IMG/VR virus record: IMGVR_UViG_3300012352_000279
Span: 1-29,351 of that record
Origin: a virus
Length of the DNA: 29,351 bases
Strand: one strand, 5' to 3'
The translations under genes and the position numbers were made by a program. The notes beneath the pieces are model-generated. The model searched no databases. It was not told where the DNA came from and was given only the letters and a program-made list of their open reading frames with translations. Position 1 is the stretch's first letter; each line of letters begins with the position of its first letter. Shown piece by piece: positions 6,929 to 14,112 of this stretch.

Positions 6929-7275
6929 TCGTAAATTGAGTTAGTTAAGACACCATCGACAACCATTCTACCCTCTTCAATTTCATGCAATCCCTCAACT
7001 GGGTTTGGCAAACTAAGATTTGGAACTGTTGCACTTTCATATACTTTATAACTGTATTGACCTATTACAAAAGTCACATCAACTCCTTCAGCTAATTCAA
7101 ATTTATTGTATCGCGGTTTAGAAGTCGACAAGTCAGGCGCATAGAAGTATATAGGTTCTGTCGCTGTGTTAAAATCGTTTTCAAACTCGAATACATAATA
7201 AGGATTACTAAGCGTTGAGCTTTCTGTAAGCGTCAAAACAATTGTGTTAAGTATATCTTTTTCAATGTATATCAT
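6925..7275 (-). CDS. hypothetical virion-module protein (116 aa)
   Basis: ORF track. Preceded by a late-promoter-like element. ATGA-coupled to the portal gene. Confidence 0.55.
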   Translation of the reverse strand: MIYIEKDILNTIVLTLTESSTLSNPYYVFEFENDFNTATEPIYFYAPDLSTSKPRYNKFELAEGVDVTFVIGQYSYKVYESATVPNLSLPNPVEGLHEIEEGRMVVDGVLTNSIYE

Positions 7276-7306
7276 AACTATAATGTTAATCTTAAAAAAA
7301 AGTTCA
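7276..7306 (-). promoter_or_regulatory. late-type bipartite element TGAAC-N15-ACATTATAGTT abutting ATG 7275
   Basis: Minus strand: TGAAC TTTTTTTTAAGATTA ACATTATAGTT ATG. TGAAC starts 1 nt after the terminator U-tract. Confidence 0.45.
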
Positions 7307-7307
7307 C

Positions 7308-7333
7308 AAAAAAAGGGAAGCTATTAACTCCCC
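7308..7333 (-). terminator. rho-independent terminator after the tail tube gene
   Basis: Minus-strand RNA: GGGGAG-UUAAUAG-CUUCCC (6 bp, one G-U) followed by UUUUUUU. Confidence 0.55.
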
Positions 7334-7354
7334 TCTCTTTATTTACAAGGTATT

Positions 7355-7864
7355 TTATGCAAGTAATCCTGCAATGATTGTTGGGTCAACTTCGTAAGCT
7401 AAGTTCTCGTTTTCTGCGATGAATGTAACAGAATATTTTGAACCGTCTGCTTTTGCTGTTCCTGAACCCTCAGCAGTTGCTGAAAGTTGAGCATAAGGGA
7501 AGTACCAAAATTTACCGTTAGCATCTTTAACGATGATAGCTAAGTCTCTTTGTCCCTCTGAAAGGATTTTTATAGCCTTAGATTTTGAAGCCTCACGTCT
7601 GTGGAACATCAAAGTAATTGTAGCTGTAACAAATGAAGAACCGTTTGCAAAGTCTACTGCTGACTCTTCGGTAAAATTACCTGTGTTACGTCTAAATTCA
7701 AATACTTCGTATGGTTCTGTGACTGTTTGAGCGTCAACCATGTAAGCAGTTTGGTCAATTGTTGGAATTCCTACGTTGTCCATATCATTAATATAGATAG
7801 CAGTAATTCCTCCGATATTGTTATCACAAGATTTTGTGATTGCTGTAATTGTTGTACATGCCAT
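7355..7864 (-). CDS. probable major tail (tube) protein (169 aa)
   Basis: N-terminal C..NIGGI..IYI and central ...IIVKDANGKFWYF... patterns resemble siphovirus tail tube proteins. The gene is bracketed by terminators, as expected for a highly expressed structural gene. Confidence 0.45.
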   Translation of the reverse strand: MACTTITAITKSCDNNIGGITAIYINDMDNVGIPTIDQTAYMVDAQTVTEPYEVFEFRRNTGNFTEESAVDFANGSSFVTATITLMFHRREASKSKAIKILSEGQRDLAIIVKDANGKFWYFPYAQLSATAEGSGTAKADGSKYSVTFIAENENLAYEVDPTIIAGLLA

Positions 7865-7880
7865 GGGTTTAAAATTTTAT

Positions 7881-7912
7881 AAAAAAAGGAGGGAAGAATT
7901 AACCGCCCTCCC
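7881..7912 (-). terminator. rho-independent terminator after the capsid gene (symmetrical A7/T6 flanks, potentially bidirectional)
   Basis: GGAGGG (7888-7893) pairs with CCCTCC (7906-7911) around a 12-nt loop. Flanked by an A7 run on one side and a T6 run on the other. Confidence 0.6.
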
Positions 7913-7935
7913 GTTTTTTAAGTTAATAATTATTA

Positions 7936-8853
7936 TTATGAGTAAAGAACGATTTCAGTTGGGTTAACGTAAGAGAAACCTACTTTCAAGTTTGCACGTG
8001 AACGTAAGTAAGGCTCTGCAACTGTATCAGCTAAGTTAACTGCTTTGATTGCTTTTCCGTCTCCCTCGCCATCGAAAGCGTAAATCATGTTATTTTTAAC
8101 AGTCGCTACCATGTGGTTGCTTGGCATACCCTCAGCTACAACAACTTTAATACCTAAGAAAGTCAAAGCTAATGGAGTTGTAATGTATGTTTGAGTGTTA
8201 CCTGAAGCTGTAGCCAATTCTAAAGCGTTAGCAACATTCGAAGCAACGTATAAACGTAAGTCTGCTTTTTTACGAGAAACTGTTGACGGTAAAGCGTTGA
8301 TTACTTTTACGATTTCAGCGATAACGTTAGAACTTGTAATTGTAGCTTTTGCTACGTCGATGATTGCTGTATCAGCTTTCATTTTTTTAATGTAACCATC
8401 ACACAAAGCCAAAGTATCATCTTCGCTTGCTGTGTCTCCTTGCCAACGTAACAACTCAACGTCTTCGCCAATTTGTTTCGCCATTTCTCCCCAGTAGAAG
8501 TTCATGAAAGAAGCTACTGAAAAATCTCCGTTTGAACCTTGAGCCATTTGCAAAGCTAAGAAAGACTGCTCTAAGTCGAATTGACAAAGTTGAGCCATTG
8601 CTGACAATGCACATACGTCGATGTCTACTGCGTCTAATGAATCAGTTGGTGCTGTAAAGTTACAAGTTGATGCTTGTAAGATGTTACCAAAAGTAACGTT
8701 TGCTAATTTAGTAGCACTTTTAATTCCTGGCAAAGTACGGTAGTTGTCTACTGTATCTTCAGCTAAGTAAGAACGACCGTAAAACTCGTTCGGGTTTGGA
8801 CACAATAATGCGTTTGTTTCGATGTCCAAGTCAAATTTTAAATTTCTTTCCAT
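7936..8853 (-). CDS. major capsid protein (HK97-fold type)
   Basis: 305 aa. Immediately downstream of the protease/scaffold gene and followed by a strong terminator. Its composition and pattern look like phage capsid-family proteins. Confidence 0.65.
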   Translation of the reverse strand: MERNLKFDLDIETNALLCPNPNEFYGRSYLAEDTVDNYRTLPGIKSATKLANVTFGNILQASTCNFTAPTDSLDAVDIDVCALSAMAQLCQFDLEQSFLALQMAQGSNGDFSVASFMNFYWGEMAKQIGEDVELLRWQGDTASEDDTLALCDGYIKKMKADTAIIDVAKATITSSNVIAEIVKVINALPSTVSRKKADLRLYVASNVANALELATASGNTQTYITTPLALTFLGIKVVVAEGMPSNHMVATVKNNMIYAFDGEGDGKAIKAVNLADTVAEPYLRSRANLKVGFSYVNPTEIVLYS

Positions 8854-8857
8854 TTTG

Positions 8858-9835
8858 TTATTTTTTAGAAAATGCGTCTCTGAACGCGTTAAATTTTTCG
8901 TGAGCTGATAATTTAGTTTCTTTTAATTCCTCTTCGATAGGCTCAACTTCTACTTCTAAAGAATTTTTTAATTCTGCAATTACTTGCAACAATTCGTTAA
9001 CTTTTTCGTCTAACAAAGGTGTAACGATAGCTAAAATAGCCTCAGCGTCTGCTGTTGGGTCGACTGCCATTTCAACTTCTTCAGTTGCGACTTCTTCCTC
9101 AACAACTTCCTCAGTTGCCATTTCTTCTTCTACTACTTCTTCTTCGATTACTTCAGTTGCCATTTCTTCCTCTACTACTTCCGTAGCAGGCGCATCTAAT
9201 ACCTCGATAACTTCCCCGCCTTTTACAACGTAGATTTTACCTTCGATTAAGTGCTCTCCATCTGGTAACTTCATACTATATTGATTATTTAATTCCGTCT
9301 TTTGTTCGTTCAATTTCATGCCTAAGAAACCTTCAATCGAAAACCCTACTTGGTTACTCTTTACAAGTTCATTGTAGTAATCTTCGTCAGTTACTTGAGC
9401 GGTCAACATTAAAGTACCTTTTGGTACGTCAATACCGTACGCTTTCGCTTTGTCGTTTTTAGGGTCTTGAACTATCCACGCTTCTAATACATAAGCAGGA
9501 ACTTTGTTTTCCGCATCATGCTCAATGTTAAAAATATCTTTGTTAGATAAATTTGACATAAACTTAGCGTGTATCTTTTCAATCTCTTCGGCTGTAAATG
9601 ATACAAAGTACTCTTCACCCTCGTCGTTTCTATAAATCTCCATAGGAATCATAGCAGGTGCAACGATACGCATTTTAACCTCGTCAGCAAAGTACATTTG
9701 TTCATGTGAATTGAACGCTACTCCTTTAACTTTAACCGCAGGACGTGACGTAAAGGCAATCATTTCGATTCCTAAGTCTTCGCCCTCGCTATATTCAGGG
9801 TCAATAGTAATTTTGTAAGTAGGCAATTTATCCAT
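8858..9835 (-). CDS. XkdF-like prohead protease fused to an acidic scaffold-like C-terminal domain
   Basis: The N-terminal ~180 aa (FTAEEIEKIHAKFM...FNIEHD...VGFSIEG) resembles the XkdF/Peptidase_S78_2 family. The C-terminal third is an E/V-rich repeat plus a helical tail. Confidence 0.5.
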   Translation of the reverse strand: MDKLPTYKITIDPEYSEGEDLGIEMIAFTSRPAVKVKGVAFNSHEQMYFADEVKMRIVAPAMIPMEIYRNDEGEEYFVSFTAEEIEKIHAKFMSNLSNKDIFNIEHDAENKVPAYVLEAWIVQDPKNDKAKAYGIDVPKGTLMLTAQVTDEDYYNELVKSNQVGFSIEGFLGMKLNEQKTELNNQYSMKLPDGEHLIEGKIYVVKGGEVIEVLDAPATEVVEEEMATEVIEEEVVEEEMATEEVVEEEVATEEVEMAVDPTADAEAILAIVTPLLDEKVNELLQVIAELKNSLEVEVEPIEEELKETKLSAHEKFNAFRDAFSKK

Positions 9836-9867
9836 ACTTATTATGTAGATATAAAATTATTTGTTCA
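9836..9867 (-). promoter_or_regulatory. late-type bipartite element TGAAC-N16-ACATAATAAGT abutting ATG 9835
   Basis: Minus strand: TGAAC AAATAATTTTATATCT ACATAATAAGT ATG. Confidence 0.45.
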
Positions 9868-9874
9868 AAAATTG

Positions 9875-9882
9875 TATATTTG
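9875..9882 (+). promoter_or_regulatory. host-type -7 box TATATTTG for the plus-strand gene pair
   Basis: Identical to the -7 box of the three minus-strand early promoters. It ends 15 nt before ATG 9898. No good -33 element at the usual spacing. Confidence 0.4.
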
Positions 9883-9897
9883 TTAAAAAATTAGTAT

Positions 9898-10440
9898 ATG
9901 GTAACAATTGGAAAAAATGAAATCCCTAACAAGTCAACTGAGTTGAGCGTTAAGCAATTTTCAAAAGTGAATGAAATTTTAAGAAGTGAAAACGAACCTA
10001 TTGAAAAATGGTATCAAATTTTTACGTACTTAGGAGCGGACGAAAGCGACATTAACGACCTAGAATTTGACGAGTTCAAAGAGGTTGTTCGTCTTTTTAA
10101 CGATAGCGAAAGTAAGGACTTAGAAATTCAACGCACTATTGAAATTGACGGATACACTTACGAAGCGTACAAAGAAGAGTTTAAGGTGTCAGTAAAAGAC
10201 TTGAAAGCAATTGAGAAATTAATCGCTAAGAATCCAAACTCTTATATTGCTGAAATGGTTGCGGTGTTATATAAGCGTACCGACTTAACAGAAAAAGAAC
10301 ACTACGAACCTGCACACATCAAACACAAAACTACTTTGTTTGCTGACCAAAAGGCTTCGTTTGCTTTACCTATCATTTGGCACGTTGCTAAAAAAATGAC
10401 GAATGAAATAGAAAAAGCTGAAGATGAAAGCGTGGAATAA
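9898..10440 (+). CDS. acidic hypothetical protein A (180 aa); tail-assembly-chaperone-like or accessory protein
   Basis: Long ORF on the otherwise empty strand. By my count it has 37 D/E versus 25 K/R. Shares its motif order with the next ORF. Confidence 0.6.
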   Translation: MVTIGKNEIPNKSTELSVKQFSKVNEILRSENEPIEKWYQIFTYLGADESDINDLEFDEFKEVVRLFNDSESKDLEIQRTIEIDGYTYEAYKEEFKVSVKDLKAIEKLIAKNPNSYIAEMVAVLYKRTDLTEKEHYEPAHIKHKTTLFADQKASFALPIIWHVAKKMTNEIEKAEDESVE

Positions 10441-11143
10441 TGTAACAGTCGAAACATTCATGGAGTTAAGGGGGTTGGAAACAATCCCTTTTGATTCTCC
10501 TTTTGATTTGGAACTTGAGAGGCTGTCAATCTTAACCGATACCGACATAGAAGAGTTGCAAAATTTAGACCTATCCGAGTTTAGTAAGTTAACAAAAGAG
10601 TATGCTTGGGTAAAATCCGCACCCGCAAAGAACTTTAAACAAGAAATAAACGGGTTTCACTTTAAAGAATGGTACACGCTCGGGGAGTTTATCGACTTAA
10701 ACCATCTATTTGAAAACGAAGCGCAAAACTTTGACAAGATTCTAAGCATTTTATACCGAGTTTTTAAGCAAGACGAATGGGGCAACCGTGTTTTTGAACC
10801 TTTACACTTTGACTTAGAACAACGCAAACATGAATTTAAAGACGTTTTAATCAATGATTGCTTTGGTGGTGTGGTTTTCTTTGTTGAGTTTAGGGATAAC
10901 TTCTTAAAAGTTTACGAAAATCTGTTTAATCCTGTTGTTGAAAGTGACGAATTAGAAGATAATGACTTAGACCAAGAAGATATAAAAGCCGAAGAAGAGG
11001 AAAAGAAACTATCTAAGTTTAGCTGGGAACGTTTAATATTTGATTTGAGCGGTGGGGATTTGACAAAGGTAGACCAACTTACTGACCTACCTATTATCTT
11101 AGTGTTTAATATGCTTTCAATGAAGCAAACTTACGGAATTTAA
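10424..11143 (+). CDS. acidic hypothetical protein B (239 aa), distant paralogue of protein A
   Basis: Overlaps A by 17 nt. Shared motif order: (L/V)(S/T)V..F ; L(E/D)(F/L)(D/S)EF ; EI(D/N)G(Y/F)x(Y/F) ; (V/L)(A/S)(V/I)LY(K/R). Has an extra acidic stretch (ESDELEDNDLDQEDIKAEEEE). Confidence 0.6.
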   Translation: MKAWNNVTVETFMELRGLETIPFDSPFDLELERLSILTDTDIEELQNLDLSEFSKLTKEYAWVKSAPAKNFKQEINGFHFKEWYTLGEFIDLNHLFENEAQNFDKILSILYRVFKQDEWGNRVFEPLHFDLEQRKHEFKDVLINDCFGGVVFFVEFRDNFLKVYENLFNPVVESDELEDNDLDQEDIKAEEEEKKLSKFSWERLIFDLSGGDLTKVDQLTDLPIILVFNMLSMKQTYGI

Positions 11144-11580
11144 AAGAACGGTGTTTGTGGTGCTTTCGGTAAATTCGGGTAAGGACTATCTATCCAATTG
11201 AATTGAATACTAACTTTAGGGTTATTAAGTATTCGAGCCATTTCCAAAAGAGGGTATTTCTTAAACTGCCATGCGATATATTCCTGAGTTACTTCAGCAA
11301 GAATAGCCTGTACATCGCTACGTCTTAACCAACTATCTGTTATTGAATAAGGCGGTATCATTTGTTCGCCATCTCTTTCTGTTCCCTCATCTAAAAACAA
11401 ATAGTAAAACATAGCATTAATCGTCATGTTAATCGTGTTTAATTCGTCCCCTGTCATTGCTGAAATTCTAATCGAATCATATAACGCACCATCAGCATAC
11501 AACCCAAGCGATAAAATCTCTTGCTGTAATGCTCTCGCTAACTTGTTTCTTGTAGCGTATTGAACTTTAAAATTTGCCAT
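11140..11580 (-). CDS. HK97 gp10-like neck/tail-completion protein
   Basis: YADGALYDSIRIS ... FYYLFLDEGT resembles the DTGxLxxSI ... Y.xxxE.GT signature of the HK97 gp10 family. Confidence 0.4.
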   Translation of the reverse strand: MANFKVQYATRNKLARALQQEILSLGLYADGALYDSIRISAMTGDELNTINMTINAMFYYLFLDEGTERDGEQMIPPYSITDSWLRRSDVQAILAEVTQEYIAWQFKKYPLLEMARILNNPKVSIQFNWIDSPYPNLPKAPQTPFF

Positions 11581-11582
11581 GT

Positions 11583-12026
11583 TTAATCTCCTATCTCAAA
11601 TGGTATATCCTCAACACAGTATTGGTCAACTTCAAACGTGATGCTCATTTGCCACCCCGCTACGTAATCTAAATCAAAGTTATTGACTGGGATTAACGTA
11701 GGTGCTTGAGCGTCTATGCTTAAATCTGACCCTTGACTGAAGTACAAATATAAGTCATTTAAAATTAAATTCGTATCACTTAAAATAGTGTTTATATTAG
11801 CACGGTCTTTTTGTATAATATCCACACAATAAATATCCATAGCAAAGATATTCGTATTTTCTCCCATCGTTTGACTAATAGGAACGTAAAAAAGCAAAGG
11901 ATACTTTTCGTCTAAGGTGCTAAAGTTTGGCATCTGTTCTCTGAACTCCCCCGCGTTTTTCTTAATCTGTAAATGTTGTTGACAAAACCCGTCAATCGCA
12001 TTTAATAGTTTTATGTAGCTTGTCAT
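11583..12026 (-). CDS. hypothetical structural protein (147 aa)
   Basis: ORF track. ATGA-coupled to the tape measure gene. Confidence 0.5.
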   Translation of the reverse strand: MTSYIKLLNAIDGFCQQHLQIKKNAGEFREQMPNFSTLDEKYPLLFYVPISQTMGENTNIFAMDIYCVDIIQKDRANINTILSDTNLILNDLYLYFSQGSDLSIDAQAPTLIPVNNFDLDYVAGWQMSITFEVDQYCVEDIPFEIGD

Positions 12027-14080
12027 AGTGTAGAACCTAAATCGATTATTTTCATTTTATTTTGTGTCGCTGTAATTTCAGTTTCACTTACAACCGCTTG
12101 TACTGTTACCGTTTGATTTGATTGCATTGATTGACCTGTTAAATTGTTCGCGTTGTTTCCTTGTCCAAACATATTAATTGACGGTGTAGCTACCGAAGCA
12201 CTTGAGGCACTTGCTGAAGTACCGCCACCACCACCCGAAGCCGAAGCACTCGGATTACTTAATAATGCTTTAGCCTTTGCTACGTTCGTTAAGATTTGAA
12301 CGATACCCGAAGCGTATTGTGCTATTCCTGCTGTTCCACCAGTTACCGCATTTAATGGGTTTGCTTGAGACATTGCAACGAGTGAACTAATAGCCTTTGC
12401 TGTATCGATTGCGATTTGAACTAAAGCAGTAGCCTTTTGGAATTTCTCAAGTTTCTTTTGGTCATTTATGAATATTTTACCAAGTTGATTAATACCGTCA
12501 TTAACTTCAGTTGCAAAATTTAATAAAGCATCACGTTTATTTTTTGCTTGTTCAATACTTTGTAAAGCGTATTTCTTTTGAATGTCAGCAGTTTCTTTTG
12601 CTATTTGGTCTTCGATTGCTTTTGTATCTTCCCCGTATTTTTTAGCTTCTTCTAATAGTGTAAAATATTTGTCGCGTACTGCGTTAATCTCCCTATCTTC
12701 TGCTGAAAGTTGAGCGTCTGCTATTGCTGTTTGTTGTGCTTCGTAACGTGCTAAAAACTCGTTATATGTTTCTTGTTCTTTTATTTTAGCTTCTTGAATA
12801 CGTGCGTCTTCTTTCGCCTTTTTGTCGGCTTCTATTTTATCAGTCTCAGCTTGTTGTTGTGTCTCAAGTTGTTTAATGATTATAGCTTTTTCACTTGCTA
12901 AATATTTCTCGTTCTTTTGAGTTTCCTCAATTGCACGTTTGTACTTTAAGTTTATAGTTGCTATTTCTTTTGCTTCGCCATCTGCCATTATAGCGATGTT
13001 CGCATCTTCAATCATTCGAGCAACTTCCTCACGATTCTTTGCGTATTCTTTTTGCGCTTCAATTCGTTTTTTATTAGCCTCTTTTCCAGCATCAACACTT
13101 TTCTTATGCGCTTCGTCCTCAGTTTTTTGAGCATCAACAACGTGTTTCTTTTTAATGTACTGTATTTCATTGTTTGAAGTAGTCATTAAAGTACGTTGTT
13201 CTTTTAGTTTCGCCTTTAAGTCTGCGACCTCTTTAGCGTCATAGTCTCCCGAAGCTACCATATTTTGGATTCGCATTTGGTAAGCCTTTGCATAAGCGTA
13301 AGCCGTCGCTTTAATCAACCGTTGTTTTTCAAGTTCTAACTTGTAAGTGCTTTTACCCTCAAGTTGAGCCATTCTTATTTCTTGGTCGATTGCTCCTATT
13401 CTTTTATCTGAAGCATCTTTGTAAGCATCTGCTTTTTTCTCTTGTGCTTGCATTGACCTTTCTGCGGCTTCCTCTTCAGCAAATGAAGTTAAGCCTAACC
13501 AATCTAAAAAGTCTTTGATATTTTGAATTACAACTTCGATAGCATCGCCAATTGCTCCAAAGAAATCGCCTATCGCTTTTAATACGGGTTTAAGTAGTCC
13601 GAGTTTAGACATTAATGCCACAATGATAGCAACGATACCCGCAATGATAGCACCGATTATAAAGATTGGATTTGTTAAAAGTGTAGCACCAAACGAAACG
13701 AAAGCCTTTGCCATCGTTCCAACAATAGAAATTAAACCTTTTAATTGTGTGCCTATTTCTTGAGGTGTAATTGACTTTAAGTTTTTTGCAAATAATTTAG
13801 CCGAAGTTGACGCACCTTCAAAATCCAAGTCTCTAATCTGTGACCCCATTAAGCCTAAAGCATTGCTTGTACTTTCAAACTTTGAACCGGTTGAAAATAC
13901 TGCTACTTGTTCATTAGCATCTTTTAGTCTATCGTTTAATTCCCCCGCTCTTTGTGCAAGTTGTTGCATTTGTTCGGGGTCTGTAGCACTTGCTAACTCT
14001 CCTTTTATTTCTCGTATTTCCTTTTTAAGTTGCTGAAGCCCGCCTAACTTAATTGGAATTTCTATTGCTTGTTGTGCCAT
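12023..14080 (-). CDS. tail tape measure protein
   Basis: 685 aa with the usual tape-measure layout: N-terminal coiled coil, hydrophobic Gly-zipper segments (IFIIGAIIAGIVAIIVALM, GDFFGAIGDAIE), a long K/E/A-rich coiled coil and a G/S/A-rich C-terminus. Confidence 0.65.
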   Translation of the reverse strand: MAQQAIEIPIKLGGLQQLKKEIREIKGELASATDPEQMQQLAQRAGELNDRLKDANEQVAVFSTGSKFESTSNALGLMGSQIRDLDFEGASTSAKLFAKNLKSITPQEIGTQLKGLISIVGTMAKAFVSFGATLLTNPIFIIGAIIAGIVAIIVALMSKLGLLKPVLKAIGDFFGAIGDAIEVVIQNIKDFLDWLGLTSFAEEEAAERSMQAQEKKADAYKDASDKRIGAIDQEIRMAQLEGKSTYKLELEKQRLIKATAYAYAKAYQMRIQNMVASGDYDAKEVADLKAKLKEQRTLMTTSNNEIQYIKKKHVVDAQKTEDEAHKKSVDAGKEANKKRIEAQKEYAKNREEVARMIEDANIAIMADGEAKEIATINLKYKRAIEETQKNEKYLASEKAIIIKQLETQQQAETDKIEADKKAKEDARIQEAKIKEQETYNEFLARYEAQQTAIADAQLSAEDREINAVRDKYFTLLEEAKKYGEDTKAIEDQIAKETADIQKKYALQSIEQAKNKRDALLNFATEVNDGINQLGKIFINDQKKLEKFQKATALVQIAIDTAKAISSLVAMSQANPLNAVTGGTAGIAQYASGIVQILTNVAKAKALLSNPSASASGGGGGTSASASSASVATPSINMFGQGNNANNLTGQSMQSNQTVTVQAVVSETEITATQNKMKIIDLGSTL

Positions 14081-14112
14081 ACTTATAATGTATAGTAAAA
14101 ATTAAATGTACA
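14081..14112 (-). promoter_or_regulatory. late-type bipartite element TGTAC-N16-ACATTATAAGT abutting ATG 14080
   Basis: Minus strand: TGTAC ATTTAATTTTTACTAT ACATTATAAGT ATG. The -35-like part overlaps the last codons of the 890-aa gene. Confidence 0.4.

Noticed and set aside
831-8395. Plus-strand track ORFs antisense to minus-strand genes: 831-1085, 1061-1243, 3252-3494, 5913-6305, 7533-7730, 8195-8395
   Set aside because: Each lies wholly inside a longer minus-strand gene that carries recognisable motifs or coupled junctions. Their translations are low-complexity (S/L/C/F-rich), typical of shadow ORFs on the antisense of AT-rich genes. None has a promoter-like element.
10390-10440. A programmed ribosomal frameshift joining ORF A (9898-10440) to ORF B (10424-11143), gpG/GT-style, possibly at the A7 run at 10390-10396
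   Set aside because: ORF B is in the +1 frame relative to A. That frame has stops at 10397-10399 (tga, right after the A7 run) and at 10409-10411 (tag). Only 10412-10440 could host a shift, and it contains no slippery heptamer. An ordinary overlapping start (ATG 10424) is simpler.
10366-10854. Minus-strand ORFs 10366-10548 and 10657-10854, lying inside the plus-strand pair
   Set aside because: They are short (60 and 65 aa), S/K/C-rich and uncoupled to their neighbours. The plus-strand ORFs are 180 and 239 aa, with protein-like composition and mutual paralogy.
9836-11160. The plus-strand pair as an invertible (recombinase-flipped) segment
   Set aside because: I found no inverted repeats flanking 9836-9897 and 11140-11160, and the genome has no recombinase or invertase gene.
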